Positions 18,767 through 28,280 of a stretch of DNA of 64,000 nucleotides are shown here, one piece after another. The notes beneath the pieces were generated by a model. It saw only the letters and a list, made by a program, of their open reading frames with translations. It did no database searches and was not told where the DNA came from. Location of the stretch: positions 1,504,001-1,568,000 of the forward strand of contig CBDCTZ010000015.1 in assembly GCA_965222375.1 (NCBI GenBank), read 5' to 3'. Numbering within the stretch: position 1 is the stretch's first letter; every line of letters begins with the position of its first letter. Source of the stretch: Polyangiaceae bacterium. GTDB taxonomy: Bacteria > Myxococcota_A > Polyangia > Polyangiales > Polyangiaceae. The position numbers and the translations under genes were made by a program.

Positions 18767-19559
18767 CGTTCTCCACGACCCGCCACCGGGGATGCACGGG
18801 GCCCTCGCGGCGTCGATCGGGCCACAGCGACAAAACCGAACGGGTTTCGGATATGCGCGCCGACAAGGGGGCAAGCGTCCGCGGCGGCACGCCGGCGCGT
18901 TCGAGCAGTATCGCTAGGCGCTGGCAAGAGCTTGGGCGAGAGACTTGAGTCGCGTGCGAGACGATTCGCTTGGCGTTGGCCTGAGTGAGAACGCTGCTCA
19001 TCTGCTCGACGGCTTCCGAGAGTGAGCCGAGAAGCCTCGGGTGATCGAGAGCGTCCAGCATCGTGCGCTCGAGGTCGCTCACGTAGACTTCGGTGTTCTC
19101 AATGAGCGTTCGTTCGACGCCGATGGCAAGATGGGCGCGTGCGACGCGATGAAAGCAAATCCGTGCGTTGGCTAGCTGATGCACCGGACGCCACTTCGCC
19201 ACGAACGCATCTATTCGCGATGCTGGAATTTGGCGTGTCAGGTTGTGCAACCACCACGCCCAGCGGCCGCCGAGGTAGTGAGGCTCGGCCGCCAACAAGT
19301 GAGTCGCGGCGACGGGTGCTGAGATCGTCCAGCCTCGACCGTGGGCCCGGAAAGGTCGAACCGAATACAACCCGCGACCGATGCGCTCGAGCACCCGTTT
19401 TCTCGTTAGCGAACGCACGAGCTCATAGGCGCGACGGCGCCCGTGCCACTCACTGAGCTCATCAAGTGTGACGACGCTGCGCCCTTGTCGCTCCAGTCGC
19501 GCGAGCACGGCCGCTTCGAGCTTCGACAGCGATGTTCCTTGGTAGAAAGATGTAGCCAT
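18747..19559 (-). CDS. abiEi: AbiEi family antitoxin / transcriptional regulator
   Basis: wHTH LERIGRGLY and SDLERTMLDALDHP; overlaps abiEii. Confidence 0.88.
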   Translation of the reverse strand: MATSFYQGTSLSKLEAAVLARLERQGRSVVTLDELSEWHGRRRAYELVRSLTRKRVLERIGRGLYSVRPFRAHGRGWTISAPVAATHLLAAEPHYLGGRWAWWLHNLTRQIPASRIDAFVAKWRPVHQLANARICFHRVARAHLAIGVERTLIENTEVYVSDLERTMLDALDHPRLLGSLSEAVEQMSSVLTQANAKRIVSHATQVSRPSSCQRLAILLERAGVPPRTLAPLSARISETRSVLSLWPDRRREGPVHPRWRVVENDGAARS

Positions 19560-19584
19560 TTTGTTGAAATATTACAAAAATGGA
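19556..19584. promoter_or_regulatory. Imperfect inverted repeat at the abiEi start (candidate autoregulatory operator)
   Basis: CCATTTTGT-N9-ACAAAAATGG in an AT-rich patch. Confidence 0.55.
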
Positions 19585-19783
19585 TATTCAATCTACACGC
19601 CGGAAAGGCCGCTGGCAAGTGGAGTTGCCTCGGGCGCACCCTTTCCGCCTCGGCTTCGCTACTGGAAGGGCTTGAGCGTGGGTGAACGCTTCGGTCTTTC
19701 AGATGCCGCCCGGAACGGGCCTGGCAGGCCTATGCATCCAGGATATCGTCGGCGCTCGTACCCCGGAGCCGTGTACTGAACCT

Positions 19784-20656
19784 CTATCGCGCTTCGGGCC
19801 GTGGCGATATCGGATCGGGATAAGAAATGGAGCCCGCCTCGATCAACAGCGTGCGCTCGCCGACGATGTCGCCGGTGTCTGCCAATCGCGCCACGAGGCT
19901 GGCCGAGCCGGCCGGAGCGTTCAAGATTGATGCCCTGCCCCTGCTCGTCGTTGCAGTCAACACGGGGTTCAGCGTGCCCGCATCATCGTGATATATGAGC
20001 GACACTCGCCCATCGCCGGTGTCGAGTTCGATCGTCGCCCCTTCGGCCAACTCTCCAGCGCAGTCGCGGACCTCGAGCCCGATGTGACCTCGCTGCGGAT
20101 CCAATTCGATCTGGAAGGCCGCCGCTGCCGCTGCGGAGGTCTGCTCCGAAATGAGCAGCCAGGTGATCGAAGGATTCGCGTCCATCGGTGGGGGCGAGCC
20201 TGAGAACGTGAGATGGGGCACGAGCCCTTCCGCGTCATGACGGAGGTAGACACGACTGTCGGTCGGAACGACAACCGCGGCGGTGCCGGCGCCATCGCTT
20301 GTCGCCTTTGCGAGCGGCGCGCTGCAAGCGGCATCGTCGTACGCGCAGACTCGAGTCACGACGTCGGCGAGTGGAGCGAACGTTACGAAATCGAAGGTTG
20401 AGACCTCAACCGATTTCGGCGGTCCCGCCACGAATGACGCGGGCTCCAGCTGACCCACACATCCCCAAATCGGGTCGACCTGGCCTCCGGCACCACCGTT
20501 GCCCATGCCGCCGCCTCCCATACCCCCGGTGGCGACGCCACCCGCTCCGGTAGCTCCCACACCACCGTTGCCGCCGGTGGAAGGATCGTCAGCGCATCCG
20601 AGCACCAACAGACTAACTGAACCGCCATGAACCACGCTGCGCATCAATCGAGACAT
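19784..20656 (-). CDS. Lipoprotein with carboxypeptidase-regulatory-like beta domains
   Basis: Lipobox LVLGC, Gly linker, WGCVG, RDCAG motifs. Confidence 0.75.
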   Translation of the reverse strand: MSRLMRSVVHGGSVSLLVLGCADDPSTGGNGGVGATGAGGVATGGMGGGGMGNGGAGGQVDPIWGCVGQLEPASFVAGPPKSVEVSTFDFVTFAPLADVVTRVCAYDDAACSAPLAKATSDGAGTAAVVVPTDSRVYLRHDAEGLVPHLTFSGSPPPMDANPSITWLLISEQTSAAAAAAFQIELDPQRGHIGLEVRDCAGELAEGATIELDTGDGRVSLIYHDDAGTLNPVLTATTSRGRASILNAPAGSASLVARLADTGDIVGERTLLIEAGSISYPDPISPRPEAR

Positions 20657-20733
20657 CAACCCAGGATGATGCGATCGGAGCGCATGCGAAATAGTCACTT
20701 CGTCCACACCGCGCCGTCACCTACCGCCGGTTG

Positions 20734-21435
20734 TCATCCACCGACCGATCGAAGCGCGGCGATGTCCTCAATGACGAATCGCCCGAGCTTGGGTGGTCCG
20801 ATGACTCCGTCCCTCTGCCATTTCCGCAAGGCCTTGTTCACGTGCTCGCGACTCGCGCCAATCAGCTCTCCCAGATCCTGTTGTGAAAGGGGTACGGAAA
20901 CCACATGCCGCCCGCTCAGACGGGTTCCGAACCGATCGGCGATGTGCGTGACCATACGCGCAAGCCGCACGTCCACCGGCATCGAATCTCGGTCTTCCAC
21001 ACGCTCGCTCAGTTGCCGCAGCCGCGCACAAACGCTCTTGAGCAGCGCTAGGCTCATCGAATGACTGCCTTCTACAAGCCCCCTGAACACTTCGCTCTCG
21101 ATAACTACGAGGTCACTCGACCCAAGCGCGACCACAGAGGCAGACCGAGGAGCCCCATCGATCACTCCGAGTTCGCCAAACACTTCTCGCGGCCCCATTA
21201 TTGAAAAAATCGCGGCTCCTCCACGCGGGTCGGGACTACTCGCCTTGCAATAGCCTCGAATAATGGCGAACACCCCATCCGCGGGATCCCCTTTTTCGAA
21301 GATCGACTGGTGTCGCCGATACGATCTTAGCCGGCTGCGCTCCAACAACCGGACTCGCAACGATTCGCTGATGCCGTGAAAGAGCGGGACCGCACCGATC
21401 GCGGCTCGTATCTCCGGATGACTTGAGGCGGACAC
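20734..21435 (-). CDS. Crp/Fnr family transcriptional regulator
   Basis: cNMP pocket FGELGVIDGAPRSASV; HTH LSQQDLGELIGASREHVNKAL. Confidence 0.95.
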   Translation of the reverse strand: MSASSHPEIRAAIGAVPLFHGISESLRVRLLERSRLRSYRRHQSIFEKGDPADGVFAIIRGYCKASSPDPRGGAAIFSIMGPREVFGELGVIDGAPRSASVVALGSSDLVVIESEVFRGLVEGSHSMSLALLKSVCARLRQLSERVEDRDSMPVDVRLARMVTHIADRFGTRLSGRHVVSVPLSQQDLGELIGASREHVNKALRKWQRDGVIGPPKLGRFVIEDIAALRSVGG

Positions 21436-21517
21436 GACTCAAGACTAGCAGACCGTCTCATCACGAACGTCCAACCCCTTGCAACCGGGCCTCGCCTCGC
21501 TTGAGGATGTCTCCACC

Positions 21518-23572
21518 ATGAGGCTGCGGCGCTACGTCTTGCTGTTCGCGATGCTGCTTGTCGCGTCGATTTCGTTCACGGCCAGCGCAGCAGATCCGAC
21601 AGCGATTGTCGTGACTGACTTGTCTGGCCCCTGGCGCTACGTGGTGGACGACGATCCCGCCTACGCAGAAACTGATTTCGATGATGGTGCATGGGCTCAG
21701 CTGTCCCTCCCCGGGGCGGGACCCGAGGCGTCGAGCTACGAGCCGAACATAGTTTGGCTAAGGCGAACGATCGATGTGGCGAACTGGACTCCGAATCATG
21801 CCGTCGGATTTCTACCCGGCACCGGGTTTCGCGCCTACGAAGTATATGCCAATGGAAAGCTGATTGGTGGCGATGGCGAGCTGCCTCCACCGGGCACCGA
21901 CCGGGGGGCAGGGGAGATCACGATGGAGGCGAGACTCTCGCCCGTCTTGCCCTTGCCCGAGCCCATTGATGGCAAGATCGTTCTCGCATTGCGAGTTGGG
22001 CGCGCTTGGTGGGCGGCGACCGGGCCGGTCGTCTCGACGCGCTATTTGCCGCTCACGGTGGGGCCGCCAGCGGAGCTTCGGGCAATCCGTTCGGAAGCCA
22101 AAGCACAAGCCATCATTCCGCTCACCTGGCAGTTTCTGCTCGGTGCGCTCATCCTGGCGAGCGTTGCTCTTCACCACTTGCTCTTATGGTTCTGGCGCCG
22201 ATCCCTGCAAGCACACCTGGTTCTTTCGGTCACGCTGTTCACCCTGACAGTTTGGCCATTGTGTCAGGTATTGCGTCTCCTCGAGCTTGCGTCCGTGCGG
22301 CATCTTGTCGCCTTCGGAATCTCCGCGAATTTGCTTGCGTTGGCACCTGGAATCCAATTCCTTTGGACCCTTCTTCGGCCTTCGCCGCCGCCGTTGGCGA
22401 TACGCGGAGTGCAGGTCATGGTTGCCCTTGGCGCGCTCGCCGTCCTCGTTCCCGGTGGCTATGGCTTGGCCTTCGCGATGTCCCCGGTGCGAGCCATCGT
22501 TCAGTCTTTTGGCATCGGTGCGGTCATTTTGACCGCGATGGTCGGTTTTCGAACCGCGAAGGCGAGGGCGCGCATCATCGCCATTGGATTCGCTCTTGCA
22601 GCGTTGATGGCGATAGCGCAACTTGTGCTCGAAGCTTGGTTTGTCGACGTCGGACTCAATGTGGTGCCTGCCCTATGGGGCGAGCTTGTGGTCGTACTCA
22701 CGCTGAGCATTGCAATGGGTCGCTACCTGATCGAAACGGTGACCGACCTGGACGACACGAACATCAAAATAGGCCGCTTCATCTCCAAGGACTTTCTGCG
22801 AGCGCTCAATAAGGAGTCCATCCAGCAGCTTGACCTTGGCGATGCGACAGTTGCTGAGCTATCGGTCCTTTTCGCCGACCTTCGCGGATACTCGGCTCGA
22901 GCGGAACGACTCGGGCCGCAAAAGTCACTCGAGATCGTGAACGAGTTCCTTCGGCGAATCGAACCGATCATCACACAAGCGGGCGGCTTTCTTCACCAGA
23001 TCTACGGCGACGGCGTTGTGGCGCTGCTCCCCGGGTCGAGCGAGCAGGCAGAACGGGCGGCACTCGAGATTTGCACCACGCTGTCAGAAGACGATTCGGT
23101 CCAGGACATCGAAGGCGCTGCTCCCACGCGTCTGCCGGTCGCGGTGGGCGTTCATCGTGGGTGCGTTCTACTCGGCGCCGTCGGCGGTGGCCGTCATTTG
23201 GCTCCGGCGGTGGTTGGTGACGTCGTCAACACCGCGGCTCGACTTCAGGAGCTTGCAAAGCAGTTTGAGACTGCGGCCATCGTGAGTGCCGCGGCATGCA
23301 CGCCGGGACCCGCGGTGCGCCGGCTAGGCTACCAAGAGCTACGCGGAAAGTCGGCGGCGGTCGAGGTTCACGAGCTTCTCGATGCGCTGCCCGCCAAGGC
23401 TCGCGCTACGCGTTTGGACCACCGGGAGCAACTGGAGACCGCCCTTGTCGATGTGGAGTTCGGGCGAATTCGCGCGGCGATTGAACGACTGTCGCCGATC
23501 GCCAAGGATGACCCACCCGTGCGAATGATTCTTCAGGATCTTCGAGCTCGCGAATCCCGACTGGCGTCCTGA
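21518..23572 (+). CDS. Membrane class III nucleotide cyclase with N-terminal sugar-binding domain and 7TM region
   Basis: DLSGPWRY..FDDGAW, several TM helices, LFADLRGYS, YGDG, VGDVVNTAARL. Confidence 0.9.
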   Translation: MRLRRYVLLFAMLLVASISFTASAADPTAIVVTDLSGPWRYVVDDDPAYAETDFDDGAWAQLSLPGAGPEASSYEPNIVWLRRTIDVANWTPNHAVGFLPGTGFRAYEVYANGKLIGGDGELPPPGTDRGAGEITMEARLSPVLPLPEPIDGKIVLALRVGRAWWAATGPVVSTRYLPLTVGPPAELRAIRSEAKAQAIIPLTWQFLLGALILASVALHHLLLWFWRRSLQAHLVLSVTLFTLTVWPLCQVLRLLELASVRHLVAFGISANLLALAPGIQFLWTLLRPSPPPLAIRGVQVMVALGALAVLVPGGYGLAFAMSPVRAIVQSFGIGAVILTAMVGFRTAKARARIIAIGFALAALMAIAQLVLEAWFVDVGLNVVPALWGELVVVLTLSIAMGRYLIETVTDLDDTNIKIGRFISKDFLRALNKESIQQLDLGDATVAELSVLFADLRGYSARAERLGPQKSLEIVNEFLRRIEPIITQAGGFLHQIYGDGVVALLPGSSEQAERAALEICTTLSEDDSVQDIEGAAPTRLPVAVGVHRGCVLLGAVGGGRHLAPAVVGDVVNTAARLQELAKQFETAAIVSAAACTPGPAVRRLGYQELRGKSAAVEVHELLDALPAKARATRLDHREQLETALVDVEFGRIRAAIERLSPIAKDDPPVRMILQDLRARESRLAS

Positions 23573-23655
23573 CGCGAGGATGCAATACGGAACCGACGCG
23601 GGTGTGACCTAGGTCATAACGCGGTGATTGTGCGGCCAGCCATGCTGGTCGCACG

Positions 23656-24081
23656 ATGTTGTCGCGCAGAGAGAGACAAGTGGCCGAAGGAGTCGCGCAG
23701 GGTAGTTCGAACTACGAAATCGCGCTGGAGCTCGGCATTGCCGAATCGACCGTCGCGACCTATGCAGCCCGTGCCCGGCGCAAGCTACATGTCGCATCGC
23801 GCGTCGAACTCGCTCGAAGTCAGTCTCCTCGGTCGCACCAAGCTAGCGATTTCGCTGATCGGGTTGCGACGCTGACGCCAAGTGAGCGGGACGTAGCGCT
23901 ACGAGCCTGCAAAGGCTCGTCCAATCTTGCGATCGCAGAGGCTCGCGATTCACACAAGCGGACGGTGGCCAATCAACTCGCGTCGATCTACCGAAAGCTC
24001 CGCATTTCCTGTCGCACGGAGCTGGCAACCCATGCAGAAGCGATCCAGCCAACTCCGTTGCATCTGCGTCTCGTTCGTTAG
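23656..24081 (+). CDS. Tandem LuxR-type HTH regulator
   Basis: Two units: LSRRERQVA..G.SN.EIA and LTPSERDVA..RTVANQLASIYRKL. Confidence 0.9.
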   Translation: MLSRRERQVAEGVAQGSSNYEIALELGIAESTVATYAARARRKLHVASRVELARSQSPRSHQASDFADRVATLTPSERDVALRACKGSSNLAIAEARDSHKRTVANQLASIYRKLRISCRTELATHAEAIQPTPLHLRLVR

Positions 24082-24284
24082 CTGGTTGAATGTGCACCCA
24101 GCGCGTCATCGGCACCTCGCGCGAGGAGAAGAGGGGCGCCGCCAAGAAAGGCCTTCCCGTGGGAATCCACGCGAACCGGGACGCGCGGCGGCACCCACTC
24201 CTCCCCGACCGCCACGGTTCGTTCACTGGGCGGCGCGCAAATCAAGCATAGTTTGAACTCCCAGTCAGGTAGAGTCAACGCTGG

Positions 24285-24953
24285 ATGGGAACTGGCAGCG
24301 CTTCCCCGACCGGTGACATGGGCTCCGACTCCAACGCAGGTGACGACAACGCGCTGCTCCGCGCGTGGCACGGCGGGGATCGGAGCGCGGGGCAGGCGCT
24401 GATTCGCCGCTACCACGAGCCCGTCACGCGCTTTTTTCGGACCAAAGCTTTCGAGCAGGCCGAGGATCTGGCGCAGCGAACGTTTCTCGGGCTCGCCGAG
24501 GCCGGGGACCGATTCAGCGGGGAGTCGAGCGTACGAGCGTTCCTGTTCGGGATCGCACGCAACGTCCTGTTCGAATTCTATCGGAGCAAGAAGAAGCATG
24601 GTCCTGCAGCCCCGGACTTCGCCGTGGAGTCCCTCGTGGATCTCGCGCCCGGCGTGTCCACCCAAGCGGCCGCTCGGTCCGAAATGCGCGTGCTGTTGCA
24701 GGCGCTGCAGCGCATTCCAACGGATCTTCAGAGCCTGCTCGAGCTTCACTATTGGGAAGGTTTGGGCGTGGACGAGCTCGCGTCGGTCTTCCAGATCCCC
24801 TCGGGAACGGTCAAGAGTCGCCTGCACCGTGCGCGGGGGTTGCTCCACGAGGAGATTGGTCGTGTCGAAGCGAGCCCGGCCCTGCTCCAGAGCACACAGA
24901 CGCTGTACGCGGCTTGGCTCGATCGTGCGGCGGGTCGCGACGACTCTCCCTGA
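24285..24953 (+). CDS. ECF sigma-70 factor
   Basis: AEDLAQRTF, FLFGIARN, GTVKSRLHRAR. Confidence 0.95.
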   Translation: MGTGSASPTGDMGSDSNAGDDNALLRAWHGGDRSAGQALIRRYHEPVTRFFRTKAFEQAEDLAQRTFLGLAEAGDRFSGESSVRAFLFGIARNVLFEFYRSKKKHGPAAPDFAVESLVDLAPGVSTQAAARSEMRVLLQALQRIPTDLQSLLELHYWEGLGVDELASVFQIPSGTVKSRLHRARGLLHEEIGRVEASPALLQSTQTLYAAWLDRAAGRDDSP

Positions 24954-24980
24954 AGGCGGGTCTTCGCCACGTGGGTGCGC

Positions 24981-26213
24981 TCAGTTGCCATCGGGGCGCT
25001 CGACCTGGCGCTGTTTCGTCACCACGACCTCGGCTAGGCGTTGCTCGATGCCCTCCAGCGCGTCGTCGAGACCGACGTCGGTGTTGACTTGGAAGGCCAC
25101 CGCGATGCGGTGCTTCGCGTAGTAGCGCAGGCTCGAGACGTAACCCGGGATGGTGCCGCCGTGCCCATAGCTGAGACCGAGCGGCGTGTGCTGGTGGATC
25201 GCGACGCCGGCGCCATAGCGGACGCCCGAGTCCGCCCCGCCCACGGGCACCGACTTCAGCAGCTCGTCGACATAGGGCCCGGAGAGCGCGCGGCCCTCGT
25301 ACAGCGCACGACCCCAAACCGCGAGATCCCGCGAGGTGCTGACGAGACCACCGCCGGTCCACTCGACAGCTGGATTCCACTTCATGACGCCGGGCGCGCT
25401 CGTGGTCTTGGTCGGTAGACCGAGCGGATTGTCTCGTGCCGTGTACCCCGCCGCCAGCCCCGGAAGCGCACGCCGGTCCGACGGGGTCGTCGCAGCGAGA
25501 CCGAGGGGTCGTAGGAAGCGCTGCTGCAGCTCGTCGTAGTAAGACCGACGAGCGACCCGCTCGATGATCAGGCCGACCAAGATGTATCCGGTGTCGGAGT
25601 AGGACCAGCCAGCTCCCGCGGGGAAGAGCGCCGGCTTGTCGAGCACGTATTCGACCAACGACTCGGGCGGAAACGCGTTGCCGGTCTCCTTCCAGCGACT
25701 GGCGACAGCGCGCGCGAACCGAGGGCTGTGCACGTGATCGGGCAAGCCGGAGCTATGAGTGAGCAGGTGCCGCAAGGTGATCGAATCGTGGTTGGGCAGG
25801 CGCGCCAGCCAGGGGCGATCGGACAGCCACGTCTTGATGGGGCTGTCCAGGTCCAACGCGCCGTCCTGAGCGAGCGCCAGGGCCGTGGCGGCGACGAAGC
25901 TCTTCCCGATGCTCGCCGCGAGCATCCGACTGCGCGGCGTCATCGGCGCCCGGCTCTCGACGTCGACAAGCCCCGAAGCGGCGACGCCGACGGTCCCGTC
26001 GGACAGAGCGTACGCGGCGGTCACGCCGGGAAATCCCAGATCGTCACGCGCGCGGTCGAGCTCGGCCTGAAAGCGTTTTTCAAGGGCCGCGGGCGCGGTG
26101 GCGCGAGCTGTCGACGGCCGCACCACCGGGGCCGTCGACGACCCCGTGGTGGACCGGCATGCGACGCAGCCGACGAGGACCATCATGGCCAGGAAGGCGC
26201 CGGCGCGGCTCAT
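24981..26213 (-). CDS. Serine hydrolase / beta-lactamase family lipoprotein
   Basis: SxxK (SIGK), LLTHSSGL, YSDTGY, HGG. Confidence 0.93.
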   Translation of the reverse strand: MSRAGAFLAMMVLVGCVACRSTTGSSTAPVVRPSTARATAPAALEKRFQAELDRARDDLGFPGVTAAYALSDGTVGVAASGLVDVESRAPMTPRSRMLAASIGKSFVAATALALAQDGALDLDSPIKTWLSDRPWLARLPNHDSITLRHLLTHSSGLPDHVHSPRFARAVASRWKETGNAFPPESLVEYVLDKPALFPAGAGWSYSDTGYILVGLIIERVARRSYYDELQQRFLRPLGLAATTPSDRRALPGLAAGYTARDNPLGLPTKTTSAPGVMKWNPAVEWTGGGLVSTSRDLAVWGRALYEGRALSGPYVDELLKSVPVGGADSGVRYGAGVAIHQHTPLGLSYGHGGTIPGYVSSLRYYAKHRIAVAFQVNTDVGLDDALEGIEQRLAEVVVTKQRQVERPDGN

Positions 26214-27067
26214 CACACCACCTCCTTGACAGCCGTTTTGCGATCGAACATGGTGTCGCGCTTCCACCAGACGACGCAGACGGCCACGGCGATCCACAGC
26301 AGGTTGTCCCAGGGCTGCGCATCCGGGAACAGCGGGTTCATCATCTGGAAGTGGTAGAGGTACGCTACCAGTAGGCTGCCCCGCGCAGCGTTGAAGAACG
26401 GCGTGAGGATGACGTAGATGGCGATGACGGCACAGAAGTACGGGGCGAAGGACCAGTCGCTCATGGGCGTGCCGCTCAGGAAGAACGCCGGGATATGCCA
26501 GACGGCGATGATGGTGCCGAGAATCAGACCCGCCCAAAACGGCGCGAACCTGCGTTGAAGGATCGGCAGCGCGACTCCGCGCCAGCCGAACTCCTCGATG
26601 GGGCCGAGAAACAACGCGAGCAGTATCGCGGACACAACCTGGTATCCGCCGGAGACGGGAAGTGGGTCGCTGATGGATCCCTTGATGGCGGCGCCCGTGT
26701 AGACGACCGCGGGGATGCCCAGCACGAGGAAAGCCCACCAACCGAGCGGAGCCCGCCACAGCGTGAGGCGTCGGAAGAAGCGACCCAGACCCGCGCGTCC
26801 GTAGTGCCGCCAGACCAGGAACACTCCGGCGATGCCGGGCGAGTACACGGCGAGGATGTAGAGCGGGTTCGAGACGCTGAGCTCGCCGAAGATGGCTGCG
26901 ACCTGATCGTAGAAGAGGATCAGAATGGCGGCGATGCTCCAGGTCAGCCCGAAGGAGATCGCGAGCAACGGGACGAGGGTCTTTTCGTTCATGGGAGTTT
27001 TTCGGGGGGCCTCGTCGTCTGGGCGCGACTCGTCCCGCACCCGCGAGGTCACATGCAGGGTTTTCAT
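26213..27067 (-). CDS. CPBP (CAAX protease self-immunity) intramembrane metalloprotease
   Basis: EEFGWRG, WHIP, HFQMMN; RBS AAGGAG. Confidence 0.92.
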   Translation of the reverse strand: MKTLHVTSRVRDESRPDDEAPRKTPMNEKTLVPLLAISFGLTWSIAAILILFYDQVAAIFGELSVSNPLYILAVYSPGIAGVFLVWRHYGRAGLGRFFRRLTLWRAPLGWWAFLVLGIPAVVYTGAAIKGSISDPLPVSGGYQVVSAILLALFLGPIEEFGWRGVALPILQRRFAPFWAGLILGTIIAVWHIPAFFLSGTPMSDWSFAPYFCAVIAIYVILTPFFNAARGSLLVAYLYHFQMMNPLFPDAQPWDNLLWIAVAVCVVWWKRDTMFDRKTAVKEVV

Positions 27068-27096
27068 GGCGTCTCCTTGTTTGATTGCGCCGCGCG

Positions 27097-28116
27097 TCAT
27101 TGCTGCGGCGCTGGGTCTTCGTCGCTGCCGTCGGGCATTCGCCAGGTCAGGCCCACCCGCGCGAAGAACGTGTTGGGCAGCGTCTGCGTGCCGCCAGCGA
27201 CGCGATCGTTGTCTGCGTTCATCTGCTCGAAGCGGCGATGGAGCGTGCGCGCGGCGTAGAGGGTGAGCCAGAGGGAATCGAAAGTCCGCACGCCGAAGGT
27301 CAGGCCGGCCGTTGCGACCGAGTAGCCGACGTGGTCAACGCACTGCGCCGGATCGGACTGCGCTTCGTTCTGGGGAGTGGAGGGGTCATCCGCCTCGGCC
27401 TTGCAAGGCCAAGAGCCGCGGATCGCCGAGTCGCTGATCGCGTAGGAGCTGCCGTCGACGTCGGCGCGGAAGCCGACCTCGAAACGGTCGCCGAGCCCCA
27501 GCTTGGCCTCAGCCTGCAAGGGCAGCAGGGCTTCGACGGTCACCTGCTTGGTCGGCTCCCACTGCGCGTACAGCACGGGAAGAGGCAGGAAGGACCCGAA
27601 CTCGAACATGGCGGCCCCACCACCGCCAACAACGAGCTTGTCCGAGAGTTGGTGGCTCACGAGCCCCAGGCCCTGCATGCGCAGGGCTCGGCTCTGCACG
27701 GAGGTGAGATCCCCCGCGAGCCCAGGCTTGCCTTGAAAGAGCAACATCCAGTCGCTGGACAGGAGATGGATCAGCGTGATCGGAAGCTCGAAGGCGTGCA
27801 GGTCGAGCTCGCGCTCCGTAGGCGACTCGTGGGAAAAGGAGAGCTTGTCGAGCCGGTAGCCGATGCCAGGAGCGAGCACCGTGGAGTCGCTGAGCGTCAG
27901 GGGCAGGTTCAGCGCGACGGAATACGTCGACACCTGCACATCGTCCCCGTCCGACCAGGGCGCACTCCCCATGGGTCGATCGCCATCGAGCGCGGTCGGC
28001 GGCAGGTACTCGCTGCGCAGATCCAGCAGATCGAGCGGCTGCGCCTTGCCAACGGCGGGCGCAGACAGGAGGGCGAGGAAGATTGCTAGCCTTGGGATTC
28101 GTGACCGATGTCTCAT
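27097..28116 (-). CDS. Outer-membrane beta-barrel protein (DUF6268-like)
   Basis: Signal peptide, amphipathic strands, LPLPVL, C-terminal RVGLTW. Confidence 0.7.
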   Translation of the reverse strand: MRHRSRIPRLAIFLALLSAPAVGKAQPLDLLDLRSEYLPPTALDGDRPMGSAPWSDGDDVQVSTYSVALNLPLTLSDSTVLAPGIGYRLDKLSFSHESPTERELDLHAFELPITLIHLLSSDWMLLFQGKPGLAGDLTSVQSRALRMQGLGLVSHQLSDKLVVGGGGAAMFEFGSFLPLPVLYAQWEPTKQVTVEALLPLQAEAKLGLGDRFEVGFRADVDGSSYAISDSAIRGSWPCKAEADDPSTPQNEAQSDPAQCVDHVGYSVATAGLTFGVRTFDSLWLTLYAARTLHRRFEQMNADNDRVAGGTQTLPNTFFARVGLTWRMPDGSDEDPAPQQ

Positions 28117-28280
28117 GAAGGGGCAGTGACGACCGGGCGGCTTTGGTTCACGAGAAAATCGCGTCGGGCAGCCGAACTCGGCGAGATGGCCGTTTCTTTG
28201 GGGAAAATGCGGCCGCGAGAGCAGAGAACGCCCCCTAGAATCGGCCACCCGCCGGGCTGAGAGGGCGGCTTGGACGGCCG

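Noticed and set aside
26214..26759. N-terminal extension of the serine hydrolase (592-aa call)
   Set aside because: It overlaps the CPBP gene out of frame; the signal peptide starts at 26213.
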